This document shows positions 41,447 through 53,137 of a stretch of DNA of 64,000 nt, piece after piece. The DNA comes from an uncultured delta proteobacterium (GTDB lineage: Bacteria; Myxococcota_A; Polyangia; Polyangiales; Polyangiaceae): NCBI GenBank assembly GCA_963696385.1, contig CAVOKF010000005.1, positions 928,001 through 992,000 on the forward strand, given 5' to 3'. A model generated the notes under the pieces. That model ran no database searches. It had not been told where the DNA came from and saw only the letters and a program-made list of their open reading frames with translations. Each line of letters starts with the position of its first letter. Position 1 is the first letter of the stretch. Both the position numbers and the translations under genes were made by a program.

Positions 41447-42781
41447 TCATCGGCATTGAGAAAGGACCGCGTCTGCCGGCTCGTGACAAACGAAGCACGG
41501 ACGCGGGTTTCGGTTGAACTGGGTAGCGCAGCGGCCTACGAACCCCGACGTGTGTGGATCGAATCCGCCGCCGATGCCGAGGGCTCCGTGGCACGCGACG
41601 CAGTCGCGCTCGGTGTGACAGCTCACGCAGACGTTCAGGTTGCGTTCGGCTTCGAAGCCGTGACTTCCGGGTTTGCGCGGCGGATCGCTCCAGATGCTCT
41701 TCGGCGGATGGAAGCGCCCGCTGTCCTTGGCGTTCGCTGGACTCGATTCTGCAACTCCAACGCGCAAATGGCAGTCGAGACAGAAGCTTTGCTGCTGGTG
41801 GCAGCTGGTGCACCGCTCGGTGTTCATGCGCGCCTCGATCGCGTGCATGTTCAGATAATCGTTCGGGTGAATGTCGCGCGGCCGGGTGCGCCCGTCGTGG
41901 CAGTCGGTGCAAAAGTCCTCTTTGTGGCAGTTCGCGCAGAACTCCGAGTCGTCCGCAGCGACCGACTTGTGCCGCTCGATGAAGTCCGGGGTGTGCTCGG
42001 CGTTGTGCAACCAGCGAGGCGGGCGCAGCGTTCCGCTTGGGAACATCGTCTGGATCCGGGCCGTTCCGTTCGGCCCCGCCAAGTGGCACGTTTCGCAAGC
42101 GCTTTTTGCGTCGCCCAAGGACGCCGGGTCTGGAGCCTGGTGGCAGCGCAAGCAGCCGCTCATTCGCGGAAGCTGGTCGCGCGTGGCCAGTTCGATCTCG
42201 CGGACGGCGCCGTGGCACTGCGGGCATGCGATGTTCCGATCGGCGTGGGATTTGTGATCGAAAACGAGATTCGCCCTCGGAAGTTCGAGAGGCGCGACGC
42301 GGTTCCCGTCCTCCGGGCGGTACCCTTGATGGCACGTGGCGCACCGGCCCATGGCAGCGTCGCCGGACCTTACGAGTGCCAGATTGGAGTGATCCGTGGC
42401 GTGGCAGCGGTCGCAGACTTCGCCGACCGGCGTGAGCCGATCGGAGGCGCGTCGGCTGGTGGTCGCGCCGGGATGGCACGTCATGCAGGTGGCGCCAATC
42501 TCGCGTCCGAGATGTTTCGCGTGATCGAAGCGGATCGTGATGTGTTGGGCCGGGTAAATGACCTGGCTCGGGCCCGTGTCCGGGTTGGGCGCCCCGGGAG
42601 GAAGCAAGCCGTGGGGCACGGGGCGGTCGTCGGGCAACGGGGCGACGCCGTGGACCGTGGGGCCTTCGCTCTGGGCGAGAGCGATCGGCACGATCACGAG
42701 CAGGGCGAACAGGGGCATGAGCGCCCCGACGAGGCCGAGCGCGACGAAAGACCGAAGCGGCCGGAAGACCTGGCTCCTCAT
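41447..42781 (-). CDS. Periplasmic multiheme cytochrome c (13 CxxCH)
   Basis: CMTCH, CDRCH, CATCH, CPQCH, CLRCH, CETCH, CANCH, CTDCH, CTSCH, CLDCH, CVSCH, CVACH, CFVCH; signal peptide; ATGA overlap with the upstream gene. Confidence 0.93.
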   Translation of the reverse strand: MRSQVFRPLRSFVALGLVGALMPLFALLVIVPIALAQSEGPTVHGVAPLPDDRPVPHGLLPPGAPNPDTGPSQVIYPAQHITIRFDHAKHLGREIGATCMTCHPGATTSRRASDRLTPVGEVCDRCHATDHSNLALVRSGDAAMGRCATCHQGYRPEDGNRVAPLELPRANLVFDHKSHADRNIACPQCHGAVREIELATRDQLPRMSGCLRCHQAPDPASLGDAKSACETCHLAGPNGTARIQTMFPSGTLRPPRWLHNAEHTPDFIERHKSVAADDSEFCANCHKEDFCTDCHDGRTRPRDIHPNDYLNMHAIEARMNTERCTSCHQQQSFCLDCHLRVGVAESSPANAKDSGRFHPPKSIWSDPPRKPGSHGFEAERNLNVCVSCHTERDCVACHGALGIGGGFDPHTSGFVGRCATQFNRNPRPCFVCHEPADAVLSQCR

Positions 42782-44337
42782 TGTTGCGCGGTCTCCCGGG
42801 TGTGCTGCGGCAGCTTGCCCATGTCGAGCGAGAGCAGGAACATGAACCGAAAGCGCTGCCCGACCAGAGCGTTGAAATCGTGCTCCCACTCGAACGAGCC
42901 TCGGCACCGCGGGTCGAAGCGGTACCCCACGTTCGCGACGTATTGGAATCCCGTGGCCGACCGATCCGGACGCAAGTCGTCCTTCCACTGCCAAAGCCCC
43001 GCGCGGCCGCCGACCATGTAACGAGTCTCGATCACCTGTTCGGCCGACACGTCGCCGCCCACCCGATCTCCTTCCGACCCAAAGTCGCCGCTCGCGTGGG
43101 CGGCGATGCGCGTCTCGCCGGTGTGCCAGCGTGCCGACACGTTGCCTCCCTCGTCGAACGGATGACCGTTGGTGGGGTAGTAGCCTCCGGCGCTGTTGGG
43201 CGAGGGCGACGAGACGAAGCCTGCACCGGGGTCGAACGGCGCCGTTTGCACGGTGGAGACCCGTGCATGCGCATTGCCGGCGACCGAGAGGCGTCGATCG
43301 ATGTCGACGTTCGCACGGATACCCAGATCATTTCTCGGCTCCCCCGCGAAGAAGTTCCAGATGCTGTCCCCGTCGAACGCGGGGACGTAGTAATCGTAGT
43401 CGGCGCTGACGGTGAGACGTTGACCGAGGTACCCGTCGAGCGACGCGTAGGCCGACGTGATCCCGGCCCGGTAGAAGTCGTAGACGATCCCGGCCTTGAC
43501 GGCCCCGATCGCGGCAAGATTCGCATCGACCGCGTAGCCCAACCGATCGGACGAAATGCGCGTTCGGTCGTAGACCGCGGGGCTGCTGCCGTCGGGGAAC
43601 TCGGACACGGTCGACGGTCCGGTGTCGTACACCCGCCGGTACGTCAGTCGCCCATGAATCCAGGTTAGTCCGACCGACTCCAGCGCGACGCCGAGCGCCG
43701 GGGCCATTTCGGCAGGCTGGAACTCGGGGTAAAGAAGCGGCTCGAAGCCGGTACGGTCTCCGCGCCAGACCCCGTCGGCCTCGAATCGCGAGGTGCTGAG
43801 CGACATCCCGCCGCGTTGCTCGAGCCCGCCGTAGGCTTCGGCCTTGACGTGGTACGGCGTTGTCACACTGACTTCGCCGCCGTCGAAGGACCACCAGCCG
43901 AGCACGTCGGTCACGTACTGTCGACCCACTTTGAAGCCGAGCCAGCCTCGCGCGAACCGGCGCCCTTCGAGGTAGAAGTACATCAGGTCGACCGCTTGCG
44001 GCGTGAACCCCGGCACGACGCTGCCGAAGATCGTCGGGTCGGATGTCGCGCTCGGCGCACCGTAATCGGCGTCGTAGCGTACGCGCAGCCGGATGCTGAG
44101 ATCAGCCGCGTGCGGGTCGCCCTCGGCGGTGCCCAATAGGTCGTACGCACCCAGACCAAGGGTCGCGGTGAGACGCCGGCGCTCGAGCAGAACTTGGCCA
44201 GTCGGCGAGGTGACGTCGTAGAACTGCGCCGCGCTGTTGGCGGTGACGTCTCCGTCCAGCGCGCGAGCGTCCATGCCAACCAGCATCGCGCCGAACGCCG
44301 CCGTACCGGCTGCGCGCTGCACGAAGCGGATCGTCAT
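42778..44337 (-). CDS. Probable outer-membrane beta-barrel protein
   Basis: Signal peptide ending ARA; alternating Tyr/Gly/Asp-rich strands (KVGRQYV, FDGGEV, QYVANVGYRF, RFMFLLSL). Confidence 0.75.
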   Translation of the reverse strand: MTIRFVQRAAGTAAFGAMLVGMDARALDGDVTANSAAQFYDVTSPTGQVLLERRRLTATLGLGAYDLLGTAEGDPHAADLSIRLRVRYDADYGAPSATSDPTIFGSVVPGFTPQAVDLMYFYLEGRRFARGWLGFKVGRQYVTDVLGWWSFDGGEVSVTTPYHVKAEAYGGLEQRGGMSLSTSRFEADGVWRGDRTGFEPLLYPEFQPAEMAPALGVALESVGLTWIHGRLTYRRVYDTGPSTVSEFPDGSSPAVYDRTRISSDRLGYAVDANLAAIGAVKAGIVYDFYRAGITSAYASLDGYLGQRLTVSADYDYYVPAFDGDSIWNFFAGEPRNDLGIRANVDIDRRLSVAGNAHARVSTVQTAPFDPGAGFVSSPSPNSAGGYYPTNGHPFDEGGNVSARWHTGETRIAAHASGDFGSEGDRVGGDVSAEQVIETRYMVGGRAGLWQWKDDLRPDRSATGFQYVANVGYRFDPRCRGSFEWEHDFNALVGQRFRFMFLLSLDMGKLPQHTRETAQQ

Positions 44338-44341
44338 GTCC

Positions 44342-44791
44342 CTAGGCCTTGGTGGCGCCGAACTCTTTCTCGAACCGATCGTCGAAACTGTCCGCCACGG
44401 CGGCGAGATGCCGGACCGTTTGCTCGACCTCCTCGGCCCCGAGGCCGGCGGCAGTCCGTTCGCTCACGGCCACGACGCGATCTCCGACGAGGCCGAACGC
44501 GGCGTTCGCCAGGCCGCCCGCGTTGAGCTCGAGCACTCTGCGGATGAGCGCCGCCTGGTTGCCCGCATGGGTGGGCAATGTGACGACGGGCGACACCACG
44601 CGCAGGTAGGTGACATCCTCGCTCTCCTGAAAAGTCACCGTCAGCAAAACGGAAGCACTGCCGCGCTTGAGCGTCCAAACCGCTTGGCTGTCGCTCGCAG
44701 ACCGCCCGCGCGTCGTCGTCGGATCCAGTCCCAGTTTGCGGATGGTTGCCTCGACGAGCTCCTTCGCCGCTTCGAACTCTGTGTCCACCAT
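44342..44791 (-). CDS. YbjN/CesT-like (T3SS-chaperone fold) protein
   Basis: WTLKRGSA..., RRVLELNA..AAFGL, ADSFDD pattern. Confidence 0.8.
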   Translation of the reverse strand: MVDTEFEAAKELVEATIRKLGLDPTTTRGRSASDSQAVWTLKRGSASVLLTVTFQESEDVTYLRVVSPVVTLPTHAGNQAALIRRVLELNAGGLANAAFGLVGDRVVAVSERTAAGLGAEEVEQTVRHLAAVADSFDDRFEKEFGATKA

Positions 44792-45022
44792 GCCTCCCGC
44801 GACGGCTTTCCCGTCCGTTTCGTCCGAGTGTTAGTGTTTTCGCGCTTCGGCGAGCTGCCGACAATCGTTCCGCCGACGACGGGTGTCAACGAACATCGCG
44901 GCACCAGGGTACCGGCAACGGCGCCGGCGGGCCACCCACGAGTCACCTTTCCAGGGGACTAGCTTGACCCCTCGCATGTGCGGGTGGCACTTTAACCGTC
45001 GAGGCGGAGGCCCTCCGAGAGT

Positions 45023-46507
45023 ATGTCCGACAGCCAGCAGCGCTATCGCGTCATCGAACGGCTCGAATCGGGCGGCATGGCGGAAGTCTTTCGGGCTGAA
45101 AGCGAGGGGCTTCAGGGCTTTCGCAAGCAAGTCGCGATCAAGCGCGTCCTGCCGCATTTGTCTTCGAAGAAGAAATTCATCTCGATGTTTCTCGACGAGG
45201 CTCGCCTTTCGGCGCAGCTGTCGCATTCGAACTGCGTCCAGGTGTTCGACATCGGCGTCGGAGACTCGGCGTTCTTCATCGTCATGGAGTTCGTCGACGG
45301 CGCGAACCTGAAGGCGATCATCGAGCACCTGAGGAAGACGGGCCGAGACTTCCCCGTCGAGGCCGCCGTCTTCATCAGCCTCGAGCTTTGCAAGGGCCTC
45401 GCCTACGCGCACGAGCTCACGGACTCGAACGGGGTTCCGCTGTTCATCGTCCACAGGGACATGTCGCCGCCCAATGTCCTCGTCACGAAGTACGGCGAGG
45501 TAAAGATCGTCGATTTCGGTCTCGCCAAGGCCAACAGCCAACTCGAGAAAAGCGAGCCGGGCATCATCAAAGGCAAGTTTTCGTATCTGTCCCCCGAGGC
45601 TGCGATGGGGCAGGACGTCGACGCGCGCACGGACATCTTCGCCGTCGGCATCATTCTCTGGGAGCTCCTGGCGGCTCAGCGCCTGTTTCTCGGCGATACC
45701 GACTTTCAGACCGTCAAGAAGGTCCAGGCCTCGAGCGTTCCGAGCATCTCGCAGATCAACAAAAAGGTGCCCCAGGACCTCGAACGGATCATCGTTCGCG
45801 CGCTCGCGCGCGATCCGGCGCAGCGTTACACGACGGCGCGTGCGCTCGGACAGGACCTGTCGAAGTTCATGTTCCGGTACGGCGTGCCTGTCAGTACGTT
45901 CGACATTCAACAGCTGGTCCAAGGCGCGATGAAGGAGCGCCAGCGGTATCGTCCGCAACAGACGAGCATCATCGACAAGCTGATCGAGGAGGCGCTGCTC
46001 GAGTTCACATCGCTGACCGACGATCCCGCAGGCGCCTCGGTCCCGGTGGCCGCTTCCCGGTCGAGGTCGAGCGACGTGCCACTCCTGCAAACCGGCTCGA
46101 AGGTCGCTACGGCGGGCGGCGGCTACCTCGACATGGGTTCGTGGATCGAAGAGATTTCGGTGAGCCAGAAGCGGCAGCCCATCGAAACCGCTCCCTCGAC
46201 AATCCCGCCCGCCGTCACCGCGGGCAATCTGGCCGCCCTCGAGGAGGACTTCGCGGGCATGCTGTTGCGTTCGCAGCCTCCGGCCGCTCGCCGGGTCGTC
46301 GGCACGCCGAGCCCATCGGGCGTGGCCTTGGCCGTCCCCGCGCCGCGGCCTGCCCTTACGCAACCCGATCCGACGCCGGCCCCGGTGAACTTGCCGGCGC
46401 TCGCCCGCCGATCGAATGCGGGAACGAAGGTCGGCGTCGCCGTGGCGCTCGTCGTGGTCATGGCGGCGGGCGCGGCCGCATGGCTCACCCACGTGATGCA
46501 TCCCTAG
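45023..46507 (+). CDS. Ser/Thr protein kinase with C-terminal TM helix
   Basis: GGMAEVF, AIKR, HRDMSPPN, DFGLAK, GKFSYLSPE. Confidence 0.95.
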   Translation: MSDSQQRYRVIERLESGGMAEVFRAESEGLQGFRKQVAIKRVLPHLSSKKKFISMFLDEARLSAQLSHSNCVQVFDIGVGDSAFFIVMEFVDGANLKAIIEHLRKTGRDFPVEAAVFISLELCKGLAYAHELTDSNGVPLFIVHRDMSPPNVLVTKYGEVKIVDFGLAKANSQLEKSEPGIIKGKFSYLSPEAAMGQDVDARTDIFAVGIILWELLAAQRLFLGDTDFQTVKKVQASSVPSISQINKKVPQDLERIIVRALARDPAQRYTTARALGQDLSKFMFRYGVPVSTFDIQQLVQGAMKERQRYRPQQTSIIDKLIEEALLEFTSLTDDPAGASVPVAASRSRSSDVPLLQTGSKVATAGGGYLDMGSWIEEISVSQKRQPIETAPSTIPPAVTAGNLAALEEDFAGMLLRSQPPAARRVVGTPSPSGVALAVPAPRPALTQPDPTPAPVNLPALARRSNAGTKVGVAVALVVVMAAGAAAWLTHVMHP

Positions 46508-46563
46508 GGCGCGGGTCCTAGCGCACGGTATGGATGCGATCCGGAAGCCGCTAGTCCTACTCC

Positions 46564-48024
46564 CTAGCCTTTCGAAACGTGGTCCCCTTGGGGTCGCGCG
46601 ATGGCCATTTTTCCGCTGCTCGGCGGACGGTGATCGCGCTCGCGGACCGACTTTTCGAGCCCCCCGTAGGATTCGCGAACGCGGTCGAGCTTCCGATACA
46701 GCGTGCGGCGATCGAAACCGAGCACTTGCGCGGCGAGGGTCTTGTTGCCGCCGACGGCTTCGAGCACTTTGACGATGTAGCGCCGCTCGACCTCGTCCAT
46801 GGTCAGCAGTTCGGCGGGATCGTTCGACTCGACGGCGATGGTCGCCGTCTTGTAGTCGCGGATTTTCTCGGGCAGGTCGTCGACGCCGATTTGCTCGAAT
46901 TGCGCGAGTGCCACCGCGCGTTCGATGCAGTTTTGCAGTTCGCGGACGTTGCCTGGCCAGGGGTAGGAAATGAGCTTGTCGGCCGTCGCGCTCATCATTC
47001 CAAGAACGGGCCGGCGACTCTGCGCCGCGTACCGCTCGAGGAAGTGCTGGGCGAGCAAAAGGATGTCGCTGCCACGCGATCGCAGAGGCGGGACGTGAAC
47101 GCGTACGACGTTGATGCGATAGAAAAGGTCCTCGCGAAAGCGCTTCTCTTCGACCTCGGTCTCGAGGTCTCGATTGGTCGCAGCGATGATGCGTGCGTCG
47201 AACGGCTGCTCTTGCTCGCCGCCGACGGGCCGGACGGTGCGTTCTTGCAGGGCCCGCAGCAACTTGGCCTGCATTCCAGGAGGCATTTCGCCGATTTCGT
47301 CCAGAAACAGAGTGCCCTTACTGCCCTTGATGAAAAGGCCCGGACGCGCGTTGCGGGCATCCGTGAACGCGCCTTTGACGTGTCCAAAGAGTTCGCTCTC
47401 CAGAAGATTTTCGGGCATGGCCGCGCAGTTGATGGCGACAAAGGGCCCGTCCCTGCGCCCGCTTTTCGCGTGCAGAGCCTTCGCGACGAGCTCTTTGCCA
47501 GTCCCGCTCTCTCCGGTGATGAGCACGGTCGTCTCCGTGTCGGCCACCCGCGCGACGAGCTCGCACATTTTCGTGACCGCCGCGCTCGTGCCCAGAATGC
47601 CATTGAAGCGCCGTGTGCCATCGACCGCTTGCCGCAGCCGCTTCACTTCCTCACGAAGCGCGCGATGCCGAAGCGCCCGATCGATCGTCAAGGCGAGCTC
47701 GTCCATGTCGCACGGCTTGGTCACGAAGTCGTACGCACCCGCTCGGATTGCGGCGACGGCCGTCTCCATGTTCGCGCAGCCGGTGATGACGATGACGGGA
47801 ATGTCTTCGCGCCGCGCAACGAGCTGCTTGCAGAGCTCGACCCCACTCATCCCGACCAGATTCACATCCGTGATGATCAGGCCGAAGTCATCCCGCTCGA
47901 AGCTCGCAAGCGCTTCGACGGGCGTGGGGACCGACGTGACCTGGAACCCGCGCTGACGGAGCTCGCTTTCGAGCACCGTGCACATGCTTCGATCGTCGTC
48001 GATAAGGAGAATGGCTCGGGTCAT
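46564..48024 (-). CDS. NtrC-family sigma54-dependent response regulator
   Basis: Receiver (LIDDD, ITD, KP); GESGTGKE, GAFTDA, FLDEIG, WPGNVREL; Fis-type HTH. Confidence 0.96.
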   Translation of the reverse strand: MTRAILLIDDDRSMCTVLESELRQRGFQVTSVPTPVEALASFERDDFGLIITDVNLVGMSGVELCKQLVARREDIPVIVITGCANMETAVAAIRAGAYDFVTKPCDMDELALTIDRALRHRALREEVKRLRQAVDGTRRFNGILGTSAAVTKMCELVARVADTETTVLITGESGTGKELVAKALHAKSGRRDGPFVAINCAAMPENLLESELFGHVKGAFTDARNARPGLFIKGSKGTLFLDEIGEMPPGMQAKLLRALQERTVRPVGGEQEQPFDARIIAATNRDLETEVEEKRFREDLFYRINVVRVHVPPLRSRGSDILLLAQHFLERYAAQSRRPVLGMMSATADKLISYPWPGNVRELQNCIERAVALAQFEQIGVDDLPEKIRDYKTATIAVESNDPAELLTMDEVERRYIVKVLEAVGGNKTLAAQVLGFDRRTLYRKLDRVRESYGGLEKSVRERDHRPPSSGKMAIARPQGDHVSKG

Positions 48025-48230
48025 TGCCTCGGCCCTTGGTCGCCACTCTATGGCGGGCGGGACGATTGCGCTACCGCTTCGCTCGCTCCGGGGCTCGGAC
48101 GATGGGCGTGGGCGCAGCGCCCTCGGGCCGCCCCGAGGCATCGTCGCGCTCCCGGTCGCGCGTCCAAGCGAACCGGACGCGGCCGTCGTCTCAGGCCAAG
48201 TCTTGACGCACCGGCCCTCGATGCGGATAA

Positions 48231-49220
48231 GTGGACACGTTGGCATCCGGCGACCGGCGCGTGCGTGGGCTCGCAGCGGGCGATGACCCGGAACACGATG
48301 GATATTTGGCCGGACCCTCGCGCATGCCCAGCCCCTTCGTCCTCGCTCTCCGGGACGCGCGATCCCGGATCGCGTCGGCCGCGGATGCGTGCGCGACTGC
48401 CTCGGAACGCGTCGCGGCTCGTCGGCTTGCTCGCGAGATCGATCAGACCCTCGGGCGTCTCGAGGGAACCGACGCCGATCGGGACCTCATCTCCGTCGTC
48501 TGCCACGACCTAAAGGATCCGCTGGCTTCGATTGTCATGGGGGCGGGGTTTCTCAAGCGGACGGTCGCGCCCGATGAGGGACCCGTCCGTCGGGTCGTCG
48601 ATGCGATCGCCCGTTCGGCCGCCCGCATGAACCAAGTCGTCGGCGATTTCCACGACCTCGCGAAGATCGACTCTGGGATGATCGAGGCGGACCGGCGGCC
48701 CTGCGACGTGGGGTCCGCATTGCGGGCGGCTGCAGCGCCGTTCGAGGATCTGGCGAGTGCGCAAGAGGTGCGATTCGAACTCGACGTCCCCGTGGCGCCG
48801 CTCGTGGCGATCTGCGATCGCGGGCGGCTATTGCAGATCGTATCCAAGCTCGTGGGCAATGCCGTGCGCTTCACGCCCCCGGGGGGCCGGGTCGCCCTAT
48901 CGGCCTCATACGCGAGCGCAGAAGTCGGGCCATCGGCCGACGGCGAAGCGGCGAACGGCGGGACTCTCGAAGCGCGCGACCCGCAGCGAATCGTTCGGTT
49001 CTCCGTCGCCGACACCGGCCGTGGCATCGCGGCCGACCGACTGGCCACCATCTTCGATCATGCCGCGAACGCGCGGCGAACGCCCCGTGACGGCCCCGGG
49101 CTCGGGTTGGCCATCGTGCGGGGCCTCGTCGAGCTGCAGGGCGGCGCCGTCCGCGTCGAGAGTCGAATCGACCAGGGAAGTATCTTCTCGTTCACGCTCC
49201 CGGCGGCTGCCGTGTCTTGA
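48231..49220 (+). CDS. Cytoplasmic histidine kinase (HisKA + HATPase); start uncertain
   Basis: CHDLKDPL H-box, LVGNAVRF, DTGRG, GPGLGLAI; no TM segment. Confidence 0.9.
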   Translation: MDTLASGDRRVRGLAAGDDPEHDGYLAGPSRMPSPFVLALRDARSRIASAADACATASERVAARRLAREIDQTLGRLEGTDADRDLISVVCHDLKDPLASIVMGAGFLKRTVAPDEGPVRRVVDAIARSAARMNQVVGDFHDLAKIDSGMIEADRRPCDVGSALRAAAAPFEDLASAQEVRFELDVPVAPLVAICDRGRLLQIVSKLVGNAVRFTPPGGRVALSASYASAEVGPSADGEAANGGTLEARDPQRIVRFSVADTGRGIAADRLATIFDHAANARRTPRDGPGLGLAIVRGLVELQGGAVRVESRIDQGSIFSFTLPAAAVS

Positions 49221-49339
49221 GAGCCCGAGCCGGCCCCGGCGCGCGGTTCGAGTGCGTCCCGGTCGTGCCGCTCCCCGGGTGGGCGGAAGTCCGTCATCCG
49301 CCTGGAACTCCCGCGCAAAACGCTCTATGAGCGCGGGCC

Positions 49340-50731
<1,392 letters not shown>

Positions 50732-51185
50732 GGCGAAGCGCGCTCGCTCGAAGGAGCGCCGGGGTGGCGCATTTCGAGGAGGCCGAGAATTTGCAACAAC
50801 GTTGCATCCTCGATGCTCGACCGAGCAAGGCAGGGCCGGTGCTTTGAACTCTTGAAGTCGGGCGCCTACGCAGTTCCGGGGCATCCTTCGCGATGCGCCA
50901 CGGATTCCGCCTAGTACCCCGATTCCATGAAACGGAGGGGTGAGACCACCCGATCCCGTCGGGAATATCGCGGAAAACGACCCTTCCATTCCGCGGAATC
51001 GAGGTACTAGCGCCGCAGGCCGAACCTTCGGAGTCCGAATCGGCGCGCGCGGCGTCGATGGTCATGCGGCTGAGGGGGGAGGGACCCCTTAAGCATTCGG
51101 CTGAATGGTCCGTAGCACCATGCGCAGGAGTTAACCGGCCAAAGCGCGGCATCAAGGCTTCTTTGGCCAGACCTTTCGCGACGGC

Positions 51186-52910
51186 ATGGAGCGTCGAAGT
51201 ATGAAGCCGGCCCCTCGCAACGATACGGTCCATCGTACTGTATTTGACACTGGCGCGAGTCGACTGCGAAGCCTCTGCGGGGCAATCGGGCTTGGCAATC
51301 GGTCGGAGTCGATCGTCGATGTCTTCGGGCGTTTGATTGATCCTTGGGGCCATAGAACCCTTGGAGACTGCCCCGTCTGGCCGTCGTACATCGGCGATGA
51401 TCACACTCCGATCGAGTTCTCGCTGACCTTTGGGGCCAAACCCGAAGTGCGCATCTTGTTGGAGCCACTCGGCGACTCTCCCTCGCTGGTCTCGAACCGG
51501 GACGCGGCCGTCGCTCTTCTCGAATCCATGGCGTCGGAGTTTGCCATTGACCTGATGCGTTTCGAACGGATCCAGAACTTGTTCTGCCCGGCCACGCCCT
51601 CCGGCCTTTTCAGCGTCTGGATTGCCGTGGCCTTTTCGGGCGACTCGCGTCCCGATTTCAAAATATACCTGAACCCGGCCGCCCAGGGACAAAAGCTCGC
51701 GCCGGCGCTTGTTGAGGAAGCCCTCGTGCGCCTCGGGTTCCCCGGCGCGTGGCCAACCGTCAGCCGCAGTCTCTTGCGACGCGGGCCCGAGTGGGACGAA
51801 CTTAACTATCTCGCGCTCGACCTGAGCGAGTCCCCCGACGCACGGGTCAAAGTCTACGCGCGCCATTTCGGCTGCTCGGTGACCGATCTCGAGGCGGTTG
51901 CAAGTGCGTCACGCTCGTACGATCCGGGCGACTTGAAAGCGTTCTTGGGGCTTGTCGCTCCCGACGCGGAGAACGATGTCTTCGAAGGTCGCTCACCATG
52001 CACCTGCTACTCGTTCGTGGGCGGCCAAGGAGATATTCCGGTGGCCGCGACCACGCACTTTCCCATCAATAGCTACGCTCCAAACGACGGTGCGGTGCGA
52101 CATCGCGTTTTGGCTTGCCTTGAGCGTTTCGGGATTGCGTCGGACTCGTACGCTCGCTCAATAGGGGCCTTCGCCAATCGGCCTCTCGACGAAGACATGG
52201 GTATGCACAGTTACGTATCGTTCCGCCGCTATCGTGGCGAGGCACGTCTGACGACGTATCTCGCGGTCGAGGCTTACAGGCCTGGTACGGTGGAAGCGGG
52301 CTCGAACGGGCGAGCCAGTGGCGTGGTCGAGGTCGCCAAGTGCTTCGGCCAGTTCGACGCCATCAGCGAGCATCCGTTTTGCCGCCGCATGGAGCGCGAG
52401 CCAATAGACGCGCGGACCCTTTGGATCCTTCTCGCCAACCTGGATGCGGTAGACCGTGGGTCTGGGGCTTGCGAGAAGCTCCGCATGCTCCCGCAACCGA
52501 GCGAGAGCGCCGCGACCTTCAAAGGACCGCCCGATTCGACCCTCGACGCGTGGCTCAGGCCGGGGCGCTCGCTCGACTCTCGACTCGCCGCGATTGCCGG
52601 TCCGTCGAACGCCGACGAATTCGCGACCGCCTCCATGGCGGTCGAGTTCATGCAAGGCCAGCTTGAGCGTTTCGCGAGCAGTGCACTCCGGCGCTGGCTG
52701 CGCTCGGCCGGACCAGCCGGATGCGCAAACGCGGGTCGTGTCGCAGTTGACCCGCAGGGGCTTGACACGAGAGAATTCTCGGCGGGACTCGGGGCGTTTG
52801 GGCCCGAGAGCGCAGTCGCGCGCGCCGCGTGGCAATTTCTCGATGATCTTTACTCGCTTTGCTACGGCTGCGAGTCGCCTTCGCGCGATCCCTTCGAAGC
52901 GCAGCCCTAG
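51186..52910 (+). CDS. DMATS-family (tryptophan dimethylallyltransferase-like) aromatic prenyltransferase with an extra helical C-terminal domain
   Basis: SYIGDDHTPIEFSL, EVRIL, DFKIYLNP, YLALDL, ARVKVY, YVSFRR, TTYL match the ABBA/DMATS indole-binding Glu and diphosphate-binding R/K/Y pattern. Confidence 0.85.
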   Translation: MERRSMKPAPRNDTVHRTVFDTGASRLRSLCGAIGLGNRSESIVDVFGRLIDPWGHRTLGDCPVWPSYIGDDHTPIEFSLTFGAKPEVRILLEPLGDSPSLVSNRDAAVALLESMASEFAIDLMRFERIQNLFCPATPSGLFSVWIAVAFSGDSRPDFKIYLNPAAQGQKLAPALVEEALVRLGFPGAWPTVSRSLLRRGPEWDELNYLALDLSESPDARVKVYARHFGCSVTDLEAVASASRSYDPGDLKAFLGLVAPDAENDVFEGRSPCTCYSFVGGQGDIPVAATTHFPINSYAPNDGAVRHRVLACLERFGIASDSYARSIGAFANRPLDEDMGMHSYVSFRRYRGEARLTTYLAVEAYRPGTVEAGSNGRASGVVEVAKCFGQFDAISEHPFCRRMEREPIDARTLWILLANLDAVDRGSGACEKLRMLPQPSESAATFKGPPDSTLDAWLRPGRSLDSRLAAIAGPSNADEFATASMAVEFMQGQLERFASSALRRWLRSAGPAGCANAGRVAVDPQGLDTREFSAGLGAFGPESAVARAAWQFLDDLYSLCYGCESPSRDPFEAQP

Positions 52911-52955
52911 AATAGCCATTCGCTTGCGTCACTTCCTCGACACATTCACGAAACT

Positions 52956-53137
52956 AAGTACACCGCCCCAGAACAAAGGGATCAGCCGGGCGGTGTACTT
53001 CGATCGCCGGGAGGCGATTGGGGGTTTGGGGCGAAGCTGCAAGGAAATCAACTTAACACTACTGCGAGGGGTACAGCGCCAGCTCGCAACGCGGACCTAC
53101 CCAGCGACGCTGGGTACCGTTTAACGGGGCGCTGTAC
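52956..53137. other. Cluster of perfect inverted repeats (candidate structured RNA or operator region)
   Basis: 13-bp IR 52956-52968/52988-53000; 10-bp IR 53071-53080/53128-53137 enclosing TACCCAGCG-A-CGCTGGGTA and CCGTT-T-AACGG. Confidence 0.6.

Noticed and set aside
41022..42479. Upstream part of the 867-aa minus ORF
   Set aside because: Overlaps the cytochrome and the small helical gene in other frames; Arg-rich and motif-free.
44985..45000. TGGCAC upstream of the kinase as a sigma54 promoter
   Set aside because: Lacks the -12 TTGC element at the required spacing.
46579..48513. 644-aa plus-strand ORF
   Set aside because: Antisense shadow of the NtrC-family regulator.
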